DNA of 23,803 bases from NCBI GenBank assembly GCA_018238625.1, contig JABCSY010000061.1, positions 1 through 23,803 on the forward strand. Direction: 5' to 3'. Source of the stretch: Promethearchaeota archaeon. GTDB taxonomy: Archaea > Asgardarchaeota > Lokiarchaeia > Sigyniarchaeales > SOKP01. The position numbers and the translations under genes were made by a program. The notes under the pieces are model-generated. The model was not told where the DNA came from, made no database searches, and worked only from the letters and a program-made list of their open reading frames with translations. This document shows, one piece after another, positions 18,116 to 23,803 of the stretch; positions within the stretch are counted from its first letter, which is position 1; every line of letters starts with the position of its first letter.

Positions 18116-19933
18116 TTATAATTTTTCTCCTTTTATTTCTTCATCGTACTTCAATCTACGATCGGTTAGATAATGTGGAATTGGTACATCCCACCAACCA
18201 CATGCAGGGCTTCCGGTGTGGGGATAGTCTCTATTTATAAGGATCTCTATAACTACAGGCTTATTTGATTTGCTAGCTCGCTCCAGTGCGGGAAGAATTT
18301 CTTCTTTTTTAGAAATCTTTTCAGAGTAGCATCCAAAACCCTCAGCTATTTTTGCAAAATCGGGAGAATAGGTATTTCCATTTTCATCGTAAAAACTAGT
18401 GCCGTAACCTCGATTTTCGCCAAACGCTGCTTGCTGAAGATCCTTGATAGCAATCCAACCGTGATTATTTAAGACTATAAAGAAGATGTTAGTTAATCCT
18501 AATTGAACTGCTACAGATAGCTCCGAAATCGTCATCATCAAATCGCCGTCGCCTACGAGCGCTACGACTTGACGATTAGGTTTTCCTATATCTATTGAAC
18601 CTAGTTTTGCGCCAATTGCGGCTGGAACGCTATATCCCATTGTAGAAAATCCTCCCGCGGTAATACAAGTTTTAGGCTCGTAAAATTCTAACTCTTGGAT
18701 CATTTGGGCCTGTACGTTACCTGAGCTAGTTACAATTATTGCGTCTCTATCGAAAAACTTTCTTATTTCCCTTAAAACGGTTGAAATCATTACCGGTACT
18801 TTTAAATCGTCTCGATGCTCGTCAAGAAAGGCGAACCATTTTTTCTTTTCTTTTTGTATTTCTTTAAAATAATCTGTTTTTTCGTAATTTCTTGAGTAAT
18901 CGCCAAATTCTTCAATAATTTGACGCAAACACGCTTTAGCGTCTCCTACTACTCCAACTGCGACAGGATAATTTTTGCCAATTTCGTGTGGATCGATATC
19001 GATTTGTATTAATTTTGTTGGCGGAACCGAAAAGCTTACGCCATCCCTGTAGGAGCTAGCAGTTTCGTCGGCAAATCGACAACCTATAGATAGAAGCACA
19101 TCTGCGGTTGAAGTCATTTTCAATCCAACGGTAGTCCCTTTGCTACCAGTGCTCCAAGCGAATAGTTTGTGATCGTTTGGAAATGCATCTTTACCCATCA
19201 TTGTAACGACGACAGCAGCACCAAGTTTCTCTGCTACTTCTTTAACTTCGTCGCAAGCGTCTGCTGTAACCGCGCCTCCACCTAACAATAGAACTGGTCT
19301 TTTTGCTTTTTTTAATAATTCTACTGCCTTTTTAATTTGTTCTGGAGCACCTAATATTTTTCCACATGCCCTTCTTTCCAAAGGATTGGGTATTTCAACA
19401 TTAATAGCATCCGCCTGAACATCCATAGGAAGATCAATGACAGTTGGTCCCATTCTACCAGTCATCATTTGATTAAAAGCTCTTTGCATGACGGTAGGTA
19501 ATTGTTTTACGTCGCTTACTTGCCAAGAACGTTTAACAACAGGCTCCAATATTCGAGGCATATTAGAATCTCTATTTCTTTCAATCTCTTGAAGTACTCC
19601 CTTGCCTCGCATGTGTGTGTGAGTATTTCCAGTAATGCAGAGTACAGGAAAACTATCTACGAATGCATCAGCAAGACCAATGGCGGTGTTAATTGCCCCG
19701 GGACCAATCGATGTAAATACGCATAATGGTTGAGAAGTGACTCTAAAGTATCCTATTGACATATGAACGCCACTCATCTCTTGTTTGGGTTGGATCAATG
19801 TAATTGTATCTTTGTTTTGGAATAACGCATCCACGAACGCTAAGCAACCATGCCCAGGTATCCCAAAAACATATTTTACACCTTCTTCAATCAGATATTT
19901 GGCGATTATTTCTCCTCCAGTATATTTAGGCAT
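18116..19933 (-). CDS. ThDP-dependent enzyme of the acetolactate synthase superfamily with IolD-like features
   Basis: VFGIPGHG, QE catalytic Glu, TSIGPGA, GDGDLMM...NN ThDP-binding motif and C-terminal GWWDVP. Confidence 0.85.
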   Translation of the reverse strand: MPKYTGGEIIAKYLIEEGVKYVFGIPGHGCLAFVDALFQNKDTITLIQPKQEMSGVHMSIGYFRVTSQPLCVFTSIGPGAINTAIGLADAFVDSFPVLCITGNTHTHMRGKGVLQEIERNRDSNMPRILEPVVKRSWQVSDVKQLPTVMQRAFNQMMTGRMGPTVIDLPMDVQADAINVEIPNPLERRACGKILGAPEQIKKAVELLKKAKRPVLLLGGGAVTADACDEVKEVAEKLGAAVVVTMMGKDAFPNDHKLFAWSTGSKGTTVGLKMTSTADVLLSIGCRFADETASSYRDGVSFSVPPTKLIQIDIDPHEIGKNYPVAVGVVGDAKACLRQIIEEFGDYSRNYEKTDYFKEIQKEKKKWFAFLDEHRDDLKVPVMISTVLREIRKFFDRDAIIVTSSGNVQAQMIQELEFYEPKTCITAGGFSTMGYSVPAAIGAKLGSIDIGKPNRQVVALVGDGDLMMTISELSVAVQLGLTNIFFIVLNNHGWIAIKDLQQAAFGENRGYGTSFYDENGNTYSPDFAKIAEGFGCYSEKISKKEEILPALERASKSNKPVVIEILINRDYPHTGSPACGWWDVPIPHYLTDRRLKYDEEIKGEKL

Positions 19934-20143
19934 TATAATCAGGTCTTATTTACTAATTTCCATTTTTATTAATAGGATTTAATGTATTAAATAATTAAAA
20001 ATTTCATTTTAATCCTATTGGTTTTATTACTTTTATTGATTAATTTTAAAAATTCAATATACCCCTCGATTTATATAGTAAACATCAAGAGATAGATTTA
20101 TACACTTCATTAAAAATTAAGTTTTATTTAACTGATGATTTAA

Positions 20144-21469
20144 GTGCCGTCTACTTTAGAAAAGATTCGAGTCTTGGGAGCAAATTCAAAATATGATATT
20201 TGTGCTAGTACCGCTTCCAGTCGCACCGAAAAATATCCAAAACTTTTTGGAGATTCAAAAAATTGGATTGGAGCTACGGCAAGTGCGGGAGTTTGCCACA
20301 GCTATACACCTGATGGTCGATGCGTGAGTCTTTTCAAAACTCTATACACTAATAAATGCATCTACAATTGCAAATATTGCTTTACTAATAGTTGTAAGCA
20401 CCGTATGAGTTTTACACCAGAGGAATACGCTCGCACATTTATGAAACTCTATTCGATGAACGTGGTGGAAGGAGTTTTCATTTCATCTGGAGTTTGTGGT
20501 AGCGCCGATGAAACAACCGAAGAAATGTTGGAAGTAGTTCGACTACTTCGTTTCAAATATAACTTTGGTGGATACGTGCATTTCAAGTGTTTACCAGGTG
20601 TGAGTAAGTATCTCCTTAAAGAGGCGATATCTCTATCTGATCGTATTTCAATTAATTCGGAAGCTTCCACTAAAGATCATTTGGCTGAAATCGCAGAACA
20701 GAAAGATTATTACAACGATATTATAACTCGCCAACGCTGGTTAAAGCAGATCCGTATCAGACATAATGAAGAAACTCTCAAAATCTTGAAAGATTTAAAA
20801 CAAGACAATCAATTGAGATACCAAGAAAACATGATTAAAGGTCGACGGGAAAATGGGTATAAAAAATTTCGATGGGATGGTGCTCCAATTCTCAATAGTG
20901 GACAGACCACGCAATTTGTAGTAGGGGCTGCAGAAAGTGAAAGCGATTACGACCTGCTTAAACGAATTGATTGGGGATACAAAGAAGTTGATTTGAGGCG
21001 TGCGTATTTTTCTTCGTTCATTCCAATTGAAGGTACACCGTTAGCAGGTAAACAAGCAGCTTCGTTAGCGAGAGAACATAGATTATATCAAAGCGATTGG
21101 TTATTACGAATCTATCATTATAAATTGAAAGATTTGAAAGAAGTATTGACCGATGATGGTAATTTACCCGAAGGAGATCCCAAAGTTCACTTAGCAAGAG
21201 AGTATTTTAAGGATCGTGGCCCAGTAGATCCAAACCAAGCGTCATACCAAGAATTACTCCGCGTTCCTGGAATTGGGCCAATTTCCGCTAAGCGGATAAT
21301 TAATTTGCGAGCTAAAAAATTTTCGTTTAAACGCAGGCAAGATCTTAAATCTGTTGGCGTGGTGTTAAAGCGAGCTGACCCGTACCTCTTGATAAACGGC
21401 CAGAAGCAAACTACTCTTTCTACTTTTATTGATCTTAATAGTAGCACAATTTTACAGAGTGAAATCTAA
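20144..21469 (+). CDS. Putative DNA modification/repair radical SAM protein with helix-hairpin-helix (TIGR03916-like); GTG start
   Basis: KYDICAS, GVCHSYTPDGRCVSLFK, CIYNCKYC (CxxxCxxC), GYVHFK, GQTTQFVVGA, REHRLYQSDWLLRIY and HhH motif LLRVPGIGPISAKRI. Confidence 0.9.
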   Translation: MPSTLEKIRVLGANSKYDICASTASSRTEKYPKLFGDSKNWIGATASAGVCHSYTPDGRCVSLFKTLYTNKCIYNCKYCFTNSCKHRMSFTPEEYARTFMKLYSMNVVEGVFISSGVCGSADETTEEMLEVVRLLRFKYNFGGYVHFKCLPGVSKYLLKEAISLSDRISINSEASTKDHLAEIAEQKDYYNDIITRQRWLKQIRIRHNEETLKILKDLKQDNQLRYQENMIKGRRENGYKKFRWDGAPILNSGQTTQFVVGAAESESDYDLLKRIDWGYKEVDLRRAYFSSFIPIEGTPLAGKQAASLAREHRLYQSDWLLRIYHYKLKDLKEVLTDDGNLPEGDPKVHLAREYFKDRGPVDPNQASYQELLRVPGIGPISAKRIINLRAKKFSFKRRQDLKSVGVVLKRADPYLLINGQKQTTLSTFIDLNSSTILQSEI

Positions 21470-22131
21470 TGAGAAAGAAAACAAATAGTCGGGATCCGTT
21501 AGAAGTTATTGGACGCGCAAAAGGATATTCACGCGAAGAATTGGTCCGTAATCTTCCACGCCATTCTGAGTTTTCTCCTGTTCTAATGCAACAAATCAAG
21601 AAGCTTCCAGAAGTAATTTTACGCAATTCAGGAACTCCAGTAGCAAAAAAAATTAACCGAATGATGCGAGAAGTGTCTACTGAAGCGTATCGTGCGAAGC
21701 AATTCGCTCGAACAGAAATAAATAATCGTGGTGTGCTATTCGGAGTTGTACAACTTAAGCATAGAGTGATTGATCTTATCTTAAATTATTTTCATAATAG
21801 GTGGCCACAATGTGTAATCTGTTTGTATAACGAACACACCCATAAAACTGGTGTAATAGACGAAAAAGGATTGATTCGTGAAATTAAATCTCCTTTGAAA
21901 AATGCTGTAGAAAAAATTAGTATTAATCGCCCCTTTATCCCATATTTTGATGATATTCAATTTTCTGGTGAAGAAATCTTCGAAACGCTATACAAATCAC
22001 AATTCATATCTGAACGAGAAAACCAACCTTACTTTAAAAGGATGATCCCGGACCATTGTTTTAAGTTACCAGGGATGAAAAATGGCGTAGAAAAGCGTTT
22101 TCGAAATAGGAACCTTAATGAATTTCTTTAG
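21469..22131 (+). CDS. DUF4130 / TIGR03915-like putative DNA metabolism protein, partner of the radical SAM enzyme
   Basis: TAATG stop/start overlap with the radical SAM gene. VSTEAYRAKQFAR, HRVIDLILNYFHNRW and FETLYKSQFISEREN...MIP resemble the DUF4130 pattern (VxrExHrmxxFvRF; HFxxR; WxxYxxsxxIxxRxN...MP). Confidence 0.75.
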   Translation: MRKKTNSRDPLEVIGRAKGYSREELVRNLPRHSEFSPVLMQQIKKLPEVILRNSGTPVAKKINRMMREVSTEAYRAKQFARTEINNRGVLFGVVQLKHRVIDLILNYFHNRWPQCVICLYNEHTHKTGVIDEKGLIREIKSPLKNAVEKISINRPFIPYFDDIQFSGEEIFETLYKSQFISERENQPYFKRMIPDHCFKLPGMKNGVEKRFRNRNLNEFL

Positions 22132-22309
22132 CAACCTTTGATTAGTTTTCTCAAATTATCATTTTGGATGTATAAATTTTGTAGAAAAAATCTCGTTACT
22201 GAGTATTTAGTTATATCGTTGACTTATTAAACTAGAAAATATTTTCTAATAAAATTAAAAATGCTAAGTCCAAAAATTAAGTAGAACAAATAGCAATAAA
22301 AGTAATATT

Positions 22310-23701
22310 ATGTCTTCAGAAAGCTTTTCAAAGCATAGTAGAATCGAGATTCTGTTGTTTAGCGGTGGTAATTTTATAACAGAGTTTGTAAGTACTGTAT
22401 TCGGCAGTTGGTTATTTTTTTTCTACGAGATTGAAGTTGGTTTAGACGGTTGGTTAATTACTTTAGGGTATTTAATTTATGCTGTGTGGAGTGCGCTCAA
22501 TTCGCCTCTTATAGGGTATTATACCAATCGCTCTACGCGTTTGACGCGTCGTTGGGGACGCCATTTCCCGTGGATTTTGATTTCAGTATTTCCATGTTTT
22601 TTTTGTTTATATTTTATATATTCTCCACCCCTATTTAATCCACAAAGTGCGCAATGGGTAATTTTTCTATGGTTTGCTCTTTTCCTTTGTTTATATAACT
22701 TCTTTTTTACTATTTTTGGAGTAAATTACACATCTTTATTTCCTAAAAAATTTCGTTCTGATTTAGAGAGAAGAAAAGCGTCTGGTATAATTGGTGGCAT
22801 CTCGTTTATTGCCTCTGGATTTGGTAGCGTTCTTCCTGCTCTGGTAATTCAATTTAACGATATAGCTTCTTACGCGGTTATGGCTCTAGTTTCCATGGTT
22901 ATTGCAGGGATCGTGATGTTACTTACCATCCCCGGTATCCGTGAAGATAAAAATCAAATTAAACAATATTTAACGCGACAGAATTCCAATCCGAATCAAA
23001 CATTTTTTAAAACATTGAAGTTTGCTATAAAACAGCGAAATCTTGCTGTTCTTACTATTGTAATGTTTTTAAATCTAATTATAATGCAAAGCGTTGGAGC
23101 TGCTTTCCCTTACGCCGTAAAATATATTTTTAACGCACCAGCGATAACAATTGCGCTAATAAGTCTTTTATATATAGCCGGAGCTGTTATTTCTATGCCT
23201 GTGTGGACAAAATTGGGAAACAAAATAAACAACAATCGTAAAACATTTTTGATTACTTGCGTTTTTTTAATTGGCTCCCAAATATTTCTGTTATTTGTTA
23301 GCGATTTGTTTTTCGCCTCCATTAGTGCTTTTATCTTCGGTTTTTGCTTAGCAGGATTCTGGACGACTTTAACGATGCCTATTAACGCCGATGTTCTTGA
23401 CGAGATTGCGGTACTTACAGGAGAACGTAACGAATCAATTTATATGGGAATACGAGGCTTTTTCGTTAGTTTTTCGATTGTTGCCCAGTCAATTATGTTT
23501 ACGATAATTCATAAAACCACCGGTTTTGTTGAAAATGCTGAATTACAATCAGAACTGGCACAATGGGGAATAAGATTTACGTTGGCTCTGATCCCATTGA
23601 TATGTACTTTTTTAACCTTACTCATCTTTTGGAAAATTTACGATCTAACTCCTGAAAGAGTGGATTCTATTAAAGCGAGGTTAAAGGAATTAAATCTTTA
23701 A
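22310..23701 (+). CDS. GPH-family (MFS_2) transporter
   Basis: About 12 TM segments; WSALNSPLIGY, RRWGRHFPWI and DVLDEIAVLTGERNESIYMG motifs. Confidence 0.88.
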   Translation: MSSESFSKHSRIEILLFSGGNFITEFVSTVFGSWLFFFYEIEVGLDGWLITLGYLIYAVWSALNSPLIGYYTNRSTRLTRRWGRHFPWILISVFPCFFCLYFIYSPPLFNPQSAQWVIFLWFALFLCLYNFFFTIFGVNYTSLFPKKFRSDLERRKASGIIGGISFIASGFGSVLPALVIQFNDIASYAVMALVSMVIAGIVMLLTIPGIREDKNQIKQYLTRQNSNPNQTFFKTLKFAIKQRNLAVLTIVMFLNLIIMQSVGAAFPYAVKYIFNAPAITIALISLLYIAGAVISMPVWTKLGNKINNNRKTFLITCVFLIGSQIFLLFVSDLFFASISAFIFGFCLAGFWTTLTMPINADVLDEIAVLTGERNESIYMGIRGFFVSFSIVAQSIMFTIIHKTTGFVENAELQSELAQWGIRFTLALIPLICTFLTLLIFWKIYDLTPERVDSIKARLKELNL

Positions 23702-23803
23702 TAATATAATTCAGGACTCAGAATACAAATACATTTTATTTGTTATAGATTATCTGAAAAATAAAATAGATTATAGATTTAATTCTTTTAATTTCTCTTT
23801 AAT

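Noticed and set aside
12045-19933. Branched-chain amino acid biosynthesis operon (ilvD + ilvB)
   Set aside because: The two genes are over 4 kb apart on opposite strands, ilvC/ilvN/leu genes are absent, and the ThDP enzyme has IolD-like motifs.
20144-21469. Biotin synthase, or a tetraether/GDGT ring synthase linked to the lipid cluster
   Set aside because: The motifs (CHSYTPDGRC, REHRLYQxDWL, HhH) and the DUF4130 partner point to the DNA-associated family; there is no B12-binding or SPASM domain.
603-23322. Short ORFs antisense to or nested in the main genes (e.g. 603-788, 1341-1685, 3907-4275, 7618-8004, 12365-12868, 15430-15789, 21187-21447, 21435-21626, 22450-22638)
   Set aside because: All overlap well-supported CDSs on the opposite strand or in another frame and show no family motifs.
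1-23803. Selenoprotein or recoded genes, tRNA/rRNA genes, IS elements
   Set aside because: The main ORFs look full-length for their families with no in-frame stop needing readthrough. Intergenic regions are short and AT-rich with no GC-rich structured RNA, and no transposase or terminal inverted repeats were seen.

Overview
AT-rich, gene-dense archaeal chromosomal window with about 18 genes. Asgard/Lokiarchaeia affinity is an inference from the archaeal ether-lipid genes, a standalone SCP2 protein, three GPH-type MFS permeases, a membrane-embedded M28 peptidase and oligo-T terminators. Left part: a minus-strand ether-lipid cluster (CTP-dependent isoprenoid/lipid kinase > geranylgeranyl reductase > GGGP synthase > DGGGP synthase, the last truncated and missing from the ORF track), a divergent MFS + GH3 beta-glycosidase pair, a second MFS and SCP2. 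Middle: two tail-to-tail Gfo/Idh/MocA paralogs, an ilvD - M28 peptidase - orphan N6-adenine DNA methyltransferase run, glutamine synthetase, a 4-OT-like tautomerase and an IolD-like ThDP enzyme. Right part: a translationally coupled radical SAM-HhH (TIGR03916-like) + DUF4130 (TIGR03915-like) pair, then a third MFS. Best leads: (1) the radical SAM/DUF4130 pair has no adjacent uracil-DNA glycosylase, both proteins carry C-terminal PCNA-binding (PIP-box-like) motifs, and both show atypical Arg codon use, suggesting an acquired DNA repair/modification module adapted to the archaeal clamp; (2) a possible ether-lipid/glycolipid salvage module. No rRNA, tRNA, CRISPR array or transposase was recognised. 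All family calls come from motif recognition by eye, not database searches.
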